64,000 nucleotides of DNA, from positions 96,224,001 to 96,288,000 of the forward strand of contig NC_043002.1 in NCBI RefSeq assembly GCF_006345805.1, in the 5' to 3' direction. The notes under the pieces are model-generated. The model made no database searches, was not told the DNA's origin, and worked only from the letters and a program-made list of their open reading frames with translations. Positions within the stretch are counted from its first letter, which is position 1, and each line of letters starts with the position of its first letter. The translations under genes and the position numbers were made by a program. This DNA is from Octopus sinensis. Taxonomy: Eukaryota. Positions 1-12,659 of the stretch are shown here, in pieces.

Positions 1-449
1 CTTTCTCTGTGTGTGTGTGTGTGTGTGTGTGTTGTATCTATGTATTTATGAAAGTATGTATGCAGTGTTGCGTATATATGGCAGCTGTAGTAACGTAACC
101 ATCTCATTGCCACTGCTGTTCTAGCCTTCACTGAGATAAGTCACCCTCTCTCTGTTACTACCTTTCCCTCAGATTGATACTTTTTGCAACCTTTTCATTT
201 TATCATATAATTCACCCAGTGCCTGATGAGAGTACATTATAAGTTTTTATTGAAATCCAGTTGGCTTATTATTGGACTGGATGTTAATGTAACTCATTTG
301 CAAAGTTTTGTGAATATTGATTCAGTGGTTTAGGCACTAAGATGGTAACAGACAGAAATTGCCATTTATATATGTAGATGTATATGTGTGTGTGTGTGTA
401 TATGGTTTTCAAAATGTTTTCATTGTTCTCAACATAATCAAGGAAATCT

Positions 450-850
450 TGTGCAACTGAAGCTCAAGTGTTTTTTTGGTCAGCTGAAAGCAGTTATAGC
501 ACAAACTTGGCAGTCACACATCTCATACCCAAATCTTCTGTGATAATGGGCTGAACTGAATCGTAACTAATCTGCACATCCTCTGATAACAAATGGTGAT
601 GCAGCAATTTCCCCTCACAGCTGCATGCACATCTGCGATGTTTTTCTCAGTTCTGCTGGTTGTAGGTCTCCCAAAAGTTCATCAATATCAACATTTTTTA
701 GCCATCTTGGAAACATCTGAACCACTCAAACACTTGTGTGCAGTTCATACACTCCTCTCTATACACTTTCTGCAACTTTGCATAGGCATCTGAGAAGGTA
801 TTGCCATGACAAATTTCTCTGTCATGGTCAATACAACAAGCAAAGGAATG
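450..850 (-). pseudogene. mariner transposase N-terminal relic
   Basis: Minus-strand translation gives ECMNCTQVFEWFRCFQDG, matching the mariner HTH region (consensus-like CMSRTQVFEWF.RF..G); stops and frameshifts present; boundaries approximate. Confidence 0.6.
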
Positions 851-1237
851 TTTGCTATTTTATGGGACAGTGTGGGAGGTTGGTTGCAGTTGGGGGAAGA
901 AGGAACAATGTGGAATTAATAGTATTTTTGTTTCTAGTCTAGTCTGTCATGGTTCAGTGACTTTTAGTGTGTGCACGTTTGTGTGTGTGTGATTAATAGT
1001 TGTTAGGGTGTTGTGTGTGCACATCTGTGTGTATGTTTGTTTGCATGTGTGTCTGTGGGTACGTGTGTATGTTTGTGTGTTTTGTGTTGGTGGGGATGTT
1101 ATGTGTGTGTACATGAGTGTATGTGTGCATGAGTGTGTGTGTGAATGTGTGTGTGTGTGTGTGTGTGTGTCTCAGTGTATGTTAGTGTTGTTATAATTGT
1201 CCTGGTGGTGTGTATATGTGTGAATGGTATTCATATA

Positions 1238-1271
<34 letters not shown>

Positions 1272-1619
1272 CGATGGGCTTCTTTCAGTTTCTGTCTACC
1301 AAATCCACTCAAGGCTTTGGTTGGCCTGAGGTTATAGTTGGACGATTTGACTGGGCCAGCACACCGGAAGGCTGCGTCAGACTCCAGTCTGATTTGGCAT
1401 GGTTTTCTAAGGCTGGTTGTCCTTCCTAAGGCCAACCACTCCGAGATTGTAATGGGTGCTTTTACGTGCCACCAGCACAGGTGCCAATAGTGTGATACCA
1501 ATATCTGCTATGACTGCAATTTTGCTCGGCTTAATGGGTCCTCTTCTCAAGCACGACATAATGCCAAAGGTCTCAGTCATTGCCTTCATGAGGCCCAAAA
1601 GTATTTATATATGTGTGTG

Positions 1620-1650
<31 letters not shown>

Positions 1651-1800
1651 TGTGGCTGTGTGGTAAGTAGCTTTCTTACCAACCACATGGTTCTGGGTTC
1701 AGTCCCACTGCATGGCACCTTGGGCAAGTGTCTTCTATAGCCTCAGGCCAACCAAAGCCTTGTGAGTGGATTTGGTGGCCAGAAACTGAAAGAAGCCCAT
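1651..1800 (+). mobile_element. tRNA-headed SINE, family A
   Basis: Head TGTGGCTGTGTGGTAAG...GGTTCAGTCCCACTG (A/B-box-like) and body GGGCAAGTGTCTTCT...CCAAAGCCTTGTGAGTGGATTTGG recur at about 6571, 11660, 28661 and 60535 (+) and about 2680 and 38960 (-). Confidence 0.7.
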
Positions 1801-2019
1801 CATATATATATATGTGTGTTTGTATGTCTGTGCTTGTCCCACCAACATTGCTTCACAACCGATACTGGTATGTTTACATCCCTGTAACTTAGCGGTTTGG
1901 CAAAAAAGACCGATAGAATAAAGAATAAGCCCTGGGGTTGATTTGCTCGACTAAAGGCAGTGCTCCAATATGGCCGCATATGAGGATAATTGCATAAAAA
2001 AGTGCCAGTCACTTCAAAT

Positions 2020-2430
2020 AGAAGAAAGCTGTAGAAGAGGGTGACCCAGGAAGACATGGGACAAAGTATTGAAGATTGATCTCAAAGTGATGAGCCTTAT
2101 GAAGGAGATAATAACAGAGAACCAAGATATGCAGTGCATTGCTGTACTCAAGATCTGCCAACACAACAGAAGTGAAATCCTAAAATCAAGGTGCCATGTA
2201 AAAAGCATTTATGTGGGTGCTAGTGTCATGTCAAAAGCACTGGTGATATTTCCATGTAAAAAGCACCCAGTACACTCTGTGGATTGGTTGGAAATTAGGA
2301 GGAGCACCCATCCTTAGAAACTAAGTCAAAGCAGACTATGGAAGCTGGTGTAACCATTGGGTTTGCCAGTTCTTCTCAAGTTGTCCAACCCATGCCATCA
2401 TGGAAAACAGGCATTAAATGATGATGATGA
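2020..2430 (+). mobile_element. RTE-clade LINE 3' remnant
   Basis: Translates (G)RG.PRKTWDKVLKIDLKVMSL, similar to the RTE C-terminus at 52940-53070; followed by the shared 3' tail ending in (GAT)n. Confidence 0.65.
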
Positions 2431-2847
2431 TGTATGTATATATATATATATATATAGTCTTTTACTCTTTTATTTGTTTCAGTCAATTGACTGTGGCCAT
2501 GCTGGAGCAGTACCTTTAGTCGAACAAATTGACCCCAGGACTCATTCTTTGTAAACTTACTACTTATTCTATTGATCTCCTTTGGTGAACTGCTAAGTTA
2601 CAGGGACGTAAATACCCCAGCATTGGTTGTCAAGCGATAGTGGGGAGACAGACACACATGCACACACACACACACAACAGGCTTCTTTCAGTTTCTGTCT
2701 ACCAAATCGGCTCAAAAGGTTTTGGTTGACCTGAGGCTATTGTAGAAGACACTTATCCAAGGTGCTATGCAGTGGGACTGAACCAAGAACCATGTGGTTG
2801 ACAAGCAAGCTAATTAATACACAGCCACTCCTATATATATATATATA

Positions 2848-3062
2848 TCATCATCATCATCATCATCATCGTTTAATGTCCGTTTTCCGCGCTAGCACGG
2901 GTTGGACGGTTTGACCGGGGTCTGGGGAGCCAGGGGCTGCCCCAGGCTCCAGTCTGATCTGGCAGTGTTTCTACAGCTGGATGCCCTTCCTAACGCCAAC
3001 CACTCTGCGAGTGTAGTGGGTGCTTTTTATGTGCCACCTGCACAGGTGCCAGAGGGGTCTGG
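2848..3062 (-). mobile_element. RTE 3'-tail-derived repeat
   Basis: Reverse complement of GGCACATAAAAAGCACCCACTACACT...TTAGGAAGGGCATCCAGCTGTAGAAA...GCTAGCGCGGAAAACGGACATTAAACGATGATGATG; same tail at 5715-5910, 53470-53670 and 59630-59790. Confidence 0.7.
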
Positions 3063-3179
3063 CATCGGCCACGATCAGTTGGTGCTTTTTTATTGTGTGA
3101 AATTTGATTTAGTATTTCTAAATTGAATTTTTTCCTTGTAAGTTTGGATTTTATTCCCTCAGCTGCTGATTAATCATTC

Positions 3180-3217
<38 letters not shown>

Positions 3218-3223
<6 letters not shown>

Positions 3224-3589
3224 GATAAGAAAATGGAGAAATACATCTAAATCAAATATCAATTACCAGATAATACTCAATCATATACTTTATTAAACCA
3301 CCACATAAGGGACTGTAGGGTTAAATATAAAAAGCAGAACAAATCAGTGTACATAAAGGAATGTACATAAAAAAGTGTACATAAAAGAGTAATGTTGTAT
3401 AATAAGTAGAATATATATAAAAGAGAATATAAATATAAGTACACTTTTTTATGTACATTCCTTTATGTTCTGCTTTTTATATTTAACCCTACAGTCTCTT
3501 ATGTGGTGGTTTAATAAAGTATGTGATTGAGTATTATCTGGTAATTGATATTTGATTTAGATGTATTTCTCCATTTTCTTATCATGTAT
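3218..3589. repeat. long inverted repeat (arms 3218-3380 and 3439-3589, 58-nt spacer)
   Basis: Arms are near-perfect reverse complements (ATACATGATAAGAAAATGGAG... / ...CTCCATTTTCTTATCATGTAT); the left arm has a 12-nt insertion. Confidence 0.9.
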
Positions 3590-3902
3590 TAGTAATTTGT
3601 GGTAAATCATTTTACCTTTGCCCATATAATACAGTAAATGAATTGATTGCATCACAATCCTTAACATTTATGTATTAACTTTGTTGGGTACTTCACTAGC
3701 AGTATATTGGATATATGTTATCCCATGGAGGGTTGCATTTACAACCCCTATCTCAATTTGTATACATATATATATATATAGTTGAGTATAGAAATTCGGG
3801 GTGAGTACTTGATAATTATAAGCACCTGTGTATACCGTTTGGTGGTGTAGGTGGTGGAGTAAATTGATCAAAATAAAATAAAAACATGATGCGAAGGATT
3901 CA

Positions 3903-3980
3903 GCGGTACATATGTTTCGGGCCTTTATTAGACAGATTTATAACAATGCATAATGTATGTCTGTGGCCTTCTTCAGCCGC
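3903..3980 (-). ncRNA. type I hammerhead ribozyme, canonical core
   Basis: Minus strand reads GCGG-CUGAAGA-A-GGCC-(41 nt)-GGCC-C-GAA-ACAUAUGU-A-CCGC: stem I GCGG/CCGC, core CUGANGA and GAAA, palindromic stem III, GUA cleavage triplet. Confidence 0.8.
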
Positions 3981-5639
3981 GCACAACAGCTTCCACAAGG
4001 ACATGTGTTACATCAAAAATTCTTGGTTGGGGATGCAAATCCTCTCATTCGCGTACGACATAATGCGGCAGCAGCATAGAATTGAAGCGTCCATCTCTTT
4101 CTTCTCTCATTGAGAAATATTCTGTCTGTTTATCCCACAAAACATAATTGAGACACCATCTCATAAGTGTGGGTGTTTTGTCCACTTTCATACTTTAACA
4201 ATGGTGATGAGTATGATGATGATGGTGTGACCAGAGCTAAAGTGTCGAAACTTTCAAAGAATCGACACCTTTCGATCTCTCTCTCTCTCTCTCTCCCTCT
4301 CTCTCTCCCTCTCTCTCCCTCTCTCTCTCTCCCTCTCTCTCTCTTTCTATTTTGCCAGAAATTGTCCTGTGGGGAGAATGGTCACTGTTCAAGACAGTAA
4401 CAACCACCACACCATATTTATTTATTCAAGGATAGTCTGTTCTGCACAATTAGACACAGTCAATCTCTCTCTCTCTCTCTCTCTCTCTCTTGACTGCCAC
4501 AAGTAAAAATATAAAAAAACACTCTGGGATCAATACATCCAATTAAAATCTCTTCAAAGTGGTGCCCCAGCATGACTACAATCTAATAACTGAAACAATT
4601 AACAGGTGAAAGAAAAGATTATAAGAGTGGGTGTTTTGCCCACTTCTACTAGCAGAGCAGAACTCTAAAGAAATGGTGCCGCTGTTATTTTATCTGTCTG
4701 TCTCTCTCTAAAAGAACACATAAATGTGCACACACGCACACACACATATATTCATTCATGTTTCAGATATATCTACTTTTCTAACTTCTCTGTTCAGATA
4801 TGAATGTACAAATTTCTTTCACATAAGCAGAGACAATCTGACAGTGAAGCCATATGCACACAGACCCAAATTCACAGCAAAATGAAAATCACCGACACTA
4901 ACAAAAAGACAACCACACAACGCCTTGCCCTGCATTCCTGTAATATATCATAGGAATTTCAGCAAAAACACTGACACCATTCAGCATTTGTAAATTCATT
5001 TCACTATTACTTATATCATTTGTACTTTCATTTCACTACAACTTACTGATATTCCTTTTCAAAAACATTTCTCATTCCCTTAAGCTACTCTTCTATATGA
5101 TATACCTATTTTCCTTGCATTACTGTAACATAGTGTCCGAATTCCATTTCACTATTACCTACTGTTATTTATTATTAAAAAAAAAAATGTCTCATAAGAA
5201 AAGACTGTCACAAAACGAACACCAAACAAATGCATGATGTGCATCAGAAAATGACGATGAGACACATGCACAGCTTGCAGATCAGTGACAGAGAAAGAAA
5301 GCTCGATGTGCGTCTGATATCGAACATCAACGAAATGCATGACTTGCAGATAGCAAACAAAGAATGGCAGCTCGATCTGCAGTAGAAAACGATGAAAGAC
5401 ATGTGTGACTTCGAAAAGCATCAAATCGTGTGCAAGAAACAACACAAGAAACAGCAGACAAACTTGCAGATAGCCAACAAAGAATGATATTGATCTTTCT
5501 TCTACTTCAATTATTACATAGTTTTCTCTTCTGAAAATGCACACATACAGGAGGAGTAAATTATACATATAATAATACATTCAATATCACTCCAGATAAA
5601 CAGTAAAAGTAATTACCCGATCAACGACTGGTTTTACTG

Positions 5640-5681
<42 letters not shown>

Positions 5682-5714
5682 CGATCGTGACCGTTTGCCA
5701 GTCTGCTTCGGCTC

Positions 5715-5910
5715 CTGTGCCGGTGGCATGTAAAAAACACCCACTACACTCACGGAGTGGTTGGCGTTAGGAAGGGCATCCACCTGTAGAAAAACTGCCA
5801 AATCAGACTAGAGCCTGTGCAGCCTCCATGGCTTACCAGACCCCAGTTGAACCGTCCAACCCATTCTAGCATGGAAAACGGACATTAAATAATGATGATG
5901 ATGATGATAT
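5715..5910 (+). mobile_element. RTE 3'-tail-derived repeat
   Basis: GTGCCGGTGGCATGTAAAAAACACCCACTACACTCACGGAGTGG...GGAAAACGGACATTAAATAATGATGATG matches the tail of the RTE at 53470-53670. Confidence 0.7.
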
Positions 5911-7280
5911 ATATATATATATATATACACACACATATACATATATATACATACATATATATATATAGAGAGAGAGACACACACACACACACAAATACAC
6001 AAATACATAGAGAGATACAGACAGCTGAGGAGATTAATACTAACAAAATAGTGGCATAAACTGATAAAATTAAATGCACAAGAGAAACTGTTAATGTGTG
6101 TGTATATACGCATGCATATACACATATCTACATATACATATACTGATATATCAATGGATTCTTTTGTGTATGCCTATTTATATCTTCCTATTTTTAAAAT
6201 TCTATTTTATGCTATTTGTAATCCTTCAAGCTTGTAAAAGCAGCTGTCCTTGGTTTTTTTTTCCTGTATTTTTATATGTGATGTATGCTTGATTTACAAT
6301 ATTTGAGATTATAACATTTTATTCCTGTAGTAACATATATAGACTGCTTTTTGTGAGTTTTAACACGTCCTCAACATAAAACAGAGTAACCATTTTTTTA
6401 TGTTGGATTTTCCTGCTAGGGGTGTAATGTGAGCTTTGGGTAGTGACATTACAACATTTTAGTAACTTGATTATGTAGTCAGTAATTCAGTGCTTTAACA
6501 TTAGTCATTATGTGTAATATTATCTTCGAACTTATTTTGAAATTAATACTTTGCCATTTATTGTGGGCAAAGGCATGGCTGTGGAATAAGAATTTTGCTT
6601 CCCAACCACATAGGCAAGTGTCTTCTTCAACAGCCCTGGGCTGATCAAAGCCTTGTAAGTGGATTTAGTCAACAGAAACTTGAAGAAGCCTATCAAATGC
6701 ATGTGTGTGTGTGTATCTTTGTCTTGACATTGTGTAATAATTATAAATTGATTGTCACTGTCATTTTTTTTTTCCCAATATTGACAATGAGAAAATACTA
6801 CCTTACTTGGAAATAGGTGGCTATTAGCAACAGAAAGGGCATCTGGCTGTAGAAAATCTGACTCAACTCCATGCTAAAGTGGAAAAGTGGACAGTAAATC
6901 GATGATGATGATTGATATTTCATGGCATTGTAGTTATTTGTTTCAGGAAAACTGAACAGGGCCATAAATTACTAAAGCAGTTTTGATGGAATTTCCTTCA
7001 TTAAGTCAACATATAAAAACATTTTCCTTGTTACAGTAAATAAGTCTACAATACAAAATAGTGCATAAGATTTTATTTGTGATTGACCTACATAATCTTG
7101 GGGCCTTACCAATTAGCCATTATGTTTTATTTGTACCCAGCGTGTGAGCAAATACAATGCAACATATACTCAGCAATATATACACGCTGGGTAGCCTCTC
7201 AAAATTTAGTTTAGTAATTCTACAGAATTTTTTATTGGAAACAGCTCAAGCTACAACTTCTAAATATTTTGTTATATTGA

Positions 7281-7614
7281 TCTAATCTCTTTATATATAA
7301 ACGGCAAAATGTCTGCATGTGTGTCCTTTACACAAATCCACAATTTTTTACTTAGAGAGCTCACACTTTCTATGGTCATTCAAAACCATCCAAGGGTGGT
7401 CGTGCACATCTTTACATTTCCCCAGTCACCCCACAAAGCCATTAAAAAATCAATAGAAGTTACTTTTTTGTGAATTTTCTATCCAAAACCCAATCAAAAT
7501 GCCCGAAACTTGATACGCCAATTGAATGCCAGCTAGCTGTATGTGATTGGTTGGAGATTTGGACAGTACTCGCGTGTATGTGCGCACGTATGCAGCTGTA
7601 TATGCATGCACTAG
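7281..7614 (+). mobile_element. probable non-autonomous Helitron (5' end)
   Basis: A|TCTAATCTCTTTATATATAAA start resembles the other Helitron 5' ends in the window; 3' end uncertain (CTAG at 7611-7614, or CTAG|T at 8183-8187). Confidence 0.4.
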
Positions 7615-8535
7615 CACTATGTTCTGACTAAGCATCGAACTAAGTTTAGTGACTCTGCTTTATTTCATGCGTTCACCTCATGTCTTTTTAAAGTGAACTT
7701 CTGACTGCCTTCTAATTTGCATACTGGTTTGTTTTGTAAGTGGCATGATACTTTTTGCACGTGGATCTTTAGGTTCTGCTTTTATTTTTAATCAGCATGC
7801 ATTTTTGAGTATATATTGCATTGTATTTGCTCACATATTGACTCCATTATTGGCTTGCATTCAAGTAATCTAAACCAAGTCAATAAGTCTGTATTAAAAC
7901 ATAACATTTTGTCAACAATTAAAAACAATTGCTTTGTTGCTTTTTTATCTATGATCCTCTTTGAACTCAGCAATTATTTATGACATCAGTTAATTATCTA
8001 CGTACAAAATATAAACTCAAAATTATCTATGATATTATCTTCCTAACACACATATAATATTTGTTTATGTAACAAAAACTGTTGTTTATAAAGCTTATCT
8101 GCAATCTTTTTCTAAGAATCATGACTGCAGTTTATCAGTTTTAAATTTAGGCTAATTTTTAGGTTACTTTCGGTGTACATAACTAGTTATTCTGCTTAGT
8201 CTTCAGATCCTCAAGTGTTTCCACTATACCTATGTTACAACTATATTTTTACTTATAGTCCATAGCTTTAGCCTTGTTCTCCATGATGAGCTGTATCGCG
8301 TGTGCTCATTCTGCTGTACTCATTTTCTGTACTCACAAGTATAAGGAAACTGCATGTTTGTGACATGTATTTCTCATTTGTCTGAGGAAGTCTCCCAGTC
8401 TTAATTATGCCTGTTGCATGTATGAGGTGCATCTACGGATTGCATTTATAGTGTGACATCATTTACTACTGAATGCTGAAACATTTGTAAGAGATGCAAT
8501 AAAGGAATACCAGGTTCAGGCCCATGTTCTTTTCT

Positions 8536-8585
<50 letters not shown>

Positions 8586-8612
8586 GATGATTGCTGTTGT
8601 TGTATGTTTCAG

Positions 8613-8787
8613 GTGTGCCATGGCATTAGTTCATTCACGGATAAGGTGTGTGTTTTATGGTACATCTTCTCCTGATGGTGCTTTAGGGAGCCGTTACAAG
8701 CTTCATCTTCAGAAGAATTTAAATCATCACTATGAAGTCTTCCGTGGAATTTTAAGCAAGGACTGTGAAGCTTTACTTGGTACATGA
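8613..8787 (+). CDS. ADAT3: tRNA-specific adenosine deaminase subunit 3, last coding exon
   Basis: Acceptor ...GTTTCAG at 8611-8612; translates (M)CAMALVHSRIRCVFYGTSSPDGALGSRYKLHLQKNLNHHYEVFRG...GT*, matching the ADAT3/Tad3 C-terminus (MCAMALVH.RI..VFYG..SPDGALG....H....LNH.F.VFRG). Upstream exons not found in the window. Confidence 0.9.
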
Positions 8788-9622
8788 TGATGAGCTAAAT
8801 ACCATTAGTTCTGTCACAGCTATCACCATTTTATGTCAAACATCTTGACGAGATACAAAGTCACTTTTTGTACAGCATTGAATTCACCCTAATACATTAT
8901 GGCAATTTATTTTTTACTGATTTTTCAAACATAATATCATGATCATGACTATAAAGAAATTTGAACTCAGATACTTTGGTGTTAATTTTTTTTTTTTTTT
9001 GCCAATTCACAGCACAAACAACTTCATCCTATAAGTATTTTGTTTGTTCATTCATCTTCCCCAATTCAGTTGTACCCCATTTTGCTTTTCACTTGTTCAC
9101 TTCTCATCAGCTGCTTATCATGGTGTATGTAAGGTGTGTATAAAATGCCATGTTTGTGCATGTATGTGAGTGCGTATTTTTTTAAATCTCTTAATCAGGA
9201 GAAAAGGTAATGTCTATGTCCCTTTACTAGGTTGCTAAGACCAATGGAAAGGAGGGAGGAAGTTATCCTCAAACTGAAGGCCTGTCCCAAATGCTTACTA
9301 CAGAATTAGTCCCACTAAAGGTATCCAAGAGCCAGATAATGGTGCTACAGGTGCCAGGTGCTAGTGTTAAACTGAACAGTGGATTAAGTCTACCATGCAA
9401 GTAGGCCATAACAGGATTTGAGGATTTGAATTCCAAATGCAAAAAATCAAAATAAATACCAGAGGACTTCCTGACCAATGCTCTAATGTTTTACCAGTCC
9501 ACTACCATTGACAGTTACTTTATTTCGATGGTCTCAATCTATTTTGCACTATGGACTGGTTTCATGTTAGATCATTTTTTCACAGTCCTGGCTATCACAT
9601 GCATAACAAAACACAAAATGTA

Positions 9623-9893
9623 TCTCTTATTATAAAAGGCAGATTTTATCTGCCTCCCTTTGGGAGTTATAGAAATCTACAATATAGGATTTCTTCAATT
9701 ACAATTTACCTAGCATTTTTAAGAGTAGAATGCATTGGGTCATGCCAGGTCCAGTTTTTAAAATTTAAACTCCAATTAAGCAAAATTTACAGAAAACTCA
9801 CATTCTGGTGTGTGTGTCAAATGCTCTTCTTAATGTGGTTTACAGCACACGCAAACGCACACACACAGTGTGCAACGAATAAAGTGAAACTAG
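9623..9893 (+). mobile_element. non-autonomous Helitron-like family B, 5' part
   Basis: A|TCTCTTATTATAAAAGGCAGATTTTATCTGCCTCCC start; near-identical copies at 59009 and 60777; 3' end not resolved. Confidence 0.6.
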
Positions 9894-10403
9894 ATGTAAT
9901 ATTTGTTTCTGTCTATCACGCTGATAGATACATGAGTAAAATGTATGGGAAGCTAACAGATAAGAGTGAGTGAAAATGTTCTTGGAAGAGAGTAAATTAG
10001 CGACAGAGTGATTTGAGGAAGACTAAACTGAAAGTATGAAACAGTGTTTATGTATAAACAGACGACACTTATATAAACCCTTTCGTTACCAAACCGCCCA
10101 AATTTACCTATTCATATTTAAATGAGAATATCAGAGTAAATCTCTTTAGTACATTCGTGAAAACACGTATTATACTTCGTAAACACTTCAAATACAGTTT
10201 TGTACAAAAATCGAAGTGTAATTTTAATTCCGTGAATTATGGGAGATTTTTTCCCGAAATTTGTTCCTATTGTGTTTTCAAAATTTGTAATTCTGACAAA
10301 AAATGGATACGAATTTCATTATATCAAGCAGCGAGTCAGAATTCGAAGGATTTTCTACAGAAGACCTTCATAAATCTAACTCTATGACTGAAAAAAAAAA
10401 GCA

Positions 10404-10799
10404 TCTTTATATAAGAGTGAAGTTGTGTGTCTGTCCCCTTCGATTTAGATTCGTAACTACTCCCACATTTTGCGGTGCAGTTTAACCAAAAGCGGGTATC
10501 TTATAGTCGTGATTCATATCGAGCCCTTCTGGGTATTAGCGCGCGTCTACGATGAGTCTACGATTAAAAAAAAATTTACCATCATATTTTTCCATTTTAA
10601 TGCATTTTTTCGCTTTTATATAAGGGAAGTAACTCTCTAAAAATATCTACGATGTGTCAACGATTTTTAAAAAAAATTTACCTTAATTTTTTTTCAATTT
10701 TTAATGCATTTTTTGGCTATTTTTTGGCTATAACTCTCTAAAAATGCTTATATAGTTATTTCCCTTACAAACCCGAGCAACGCCGGGCGATACTGCTAG
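10404..10799 (+). mobile_element. non-autonomous Helitron family A, copy 1
   Basis: 5' TC, 3' hairpin CCCGAGCAACGCCGGG then CTAG, inserted between A and T with no TSD; copies at 30822 and 62433. Confidence 0.9.
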
Positions 10800-12438
10800 T
10801 AATAGATAATTTAATTACTACATATATATTATAAAAACACTCTACAGACTCTGGCAGTCAAAAAATAGAAATAAAAATTTAAAATTTATTCTTTCTGTGT
10901 GGCCCAATACCAAATGATCCATGGTCCAGTACTTGTCTGCAGCCTGCTAGTTGGAGACCTCTGCTTTTTTTTATCATCCCAGGAAGGATGAACCTCAAAC
11001 TTGACCATGGCAAGATTTGAAGTCAAACTAAATGCCACTGTACATTATGTTCTAACTGGCTCTCTGCCACTTGAATTTGCTACCTATTTACATATATGAT
11101 CATAATATAAGAGATTAGTTTGATTAAATTTTTTTAATGGTATAGTCACATTTTTCAAGACTTCCCCCACTAGACTACTAGCTGTTATGCTTAGGTCAAA
11201 GACCTGACTAACACGCACCCATTTAAAGGTATGTGAGCTTTATCATTGTCATCCTCCCTTTACCTCTGTTCACCCTTTAGTATTCATATTACTCTGTCAA
11301 ATGTAATGCTTTTTTGTTAAAATTGCTTTGAATTAATCATGCATTAATTTGTAGCCTTGAGGTTTCAATGATGTGGTTGTTTATTTTTAGACTGTTAATG
11401 TAGACTATGTGAGGAAGATTAGATATGACCAGTTTGAATATAAAACATGTAGAGTATTTGAACTGGATTTGACCAGTTTAAATGCTAAAAGGTTAAACAG
11501 CCAAATGCTACGGACAACCTTTTTGTATGCCTACCATAACATGAAATTCACAAGAAAATAATATCTGCAAGCAATGACTTTCTTCTTTATGTTGATTCTT
11601 GTGGTGCATAATTATAGTGTCTCTAAGAGTGTGAACAATCTATCAGTAACATAATTGTGTTGTTAGAAGTTCACTTTCCAGCCATGTACTTTCAGGTTTA
11701 GTCCTGTTGTGTAGCACTTGTGCAAGTGTCTTCTGTGATAGTAAGGGACCAACAAAAGCCTTGTGAGCTGATTTGGGAACAGAAGCTCACTGTGTGTGTG
11801 TGTGTGTGTGTGTCTGTGTGCATGCATGTGTTGTGTATGTGTGTATGTTTGTGTGTTGTGTGTGTACACTGTATGAGTGCATGCACATGTATGTGTTTAT
11901 TTGTATTTGCACTTCTCTGAAAATTGCAAGCAATAAGTGATGTTGCACAGCACCTTTCAACAAATCACTCACTGGCTTTACACCTTTGAAAGCATGTGAA
12001 ATAAGAGCTCCTTTACTTGAAAAACAGGTAAGAATTAGTGACAAGAAGGACATCTGGTTATAAAAACAATGCCTCAATAAGATATTCTTCTGAGTCATGC
12101 TAGCATGGAAGTATGGAAAAGCAGACATAAACAAACAAACAAAATGTGTGTGTGTGTAAAAAGAAGATGCAGTACCTTTTGCACACACTTTCATACTATG
12201 GTGATGGTGGTGGCTTAATGGTGGCATCATCATTGTTGTTGATGATGATGATGATAATAATAAGTAGAATAATGGTGGCGGTAGCAGTGGCAACAATGAT
12301 GACAATGATAATGATAACCTTCAGCTCAAACTTTGTAAATAAACGGAGACAAACCGTAGTTGAAGGGATTTGCTGTTCTGAGGATAGAGATTTGGTCAAA
12401 GTGTTTAATGAGTTGATACTAGTCGTTAAACACTTTAA

Positions 12439-12659
12439 CCCTTTCGTTACTGTATTTATTTTGAGATGCTGTGTGTTTCTCTCAATTATTTTAGATATAA
12501 CAAAGAATTTAGTAAAATAACTTGGTTATCATTAAGCTGGTGTTAGGAGCATAAATTATGACTAAGGTTTGGTGGAATATTTTAATTCAAAACTTATGAA
12601 AACAAGACATTTGTACTACAGAGCCAGAGCCGGTTTCAACCGGGTTGGTAATGAAAGGG
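12439..12659. mobile_element. piggyBac-type MITE
   Basis: TTAA|CCCTTTCGTTAC ... GTAATGAAAGGG|TTAA: TTAA target duplication and CCC-start TIRs. Related ends at about 10076, 11273-11497 and 18322-18545. Confidence 0.8.

Noticed and set aside
223-290. CTGATGA ... GAAA followed by a perfect 7-bp stem (ATCCAGT/ACTGGAT), hammerhead-like
   Set aside because: Position 17 is G, stem I does not pair and stem II is weak; at most a heavily decayed relic.
1-8610. Upstream ADAT3 exons (expected PYLCTGYD...EPC and HPL.HA motifs)
   Set aside because: Scanned by eye and not found; probably upstream of the window, so the intron status of this stretch is inferred.
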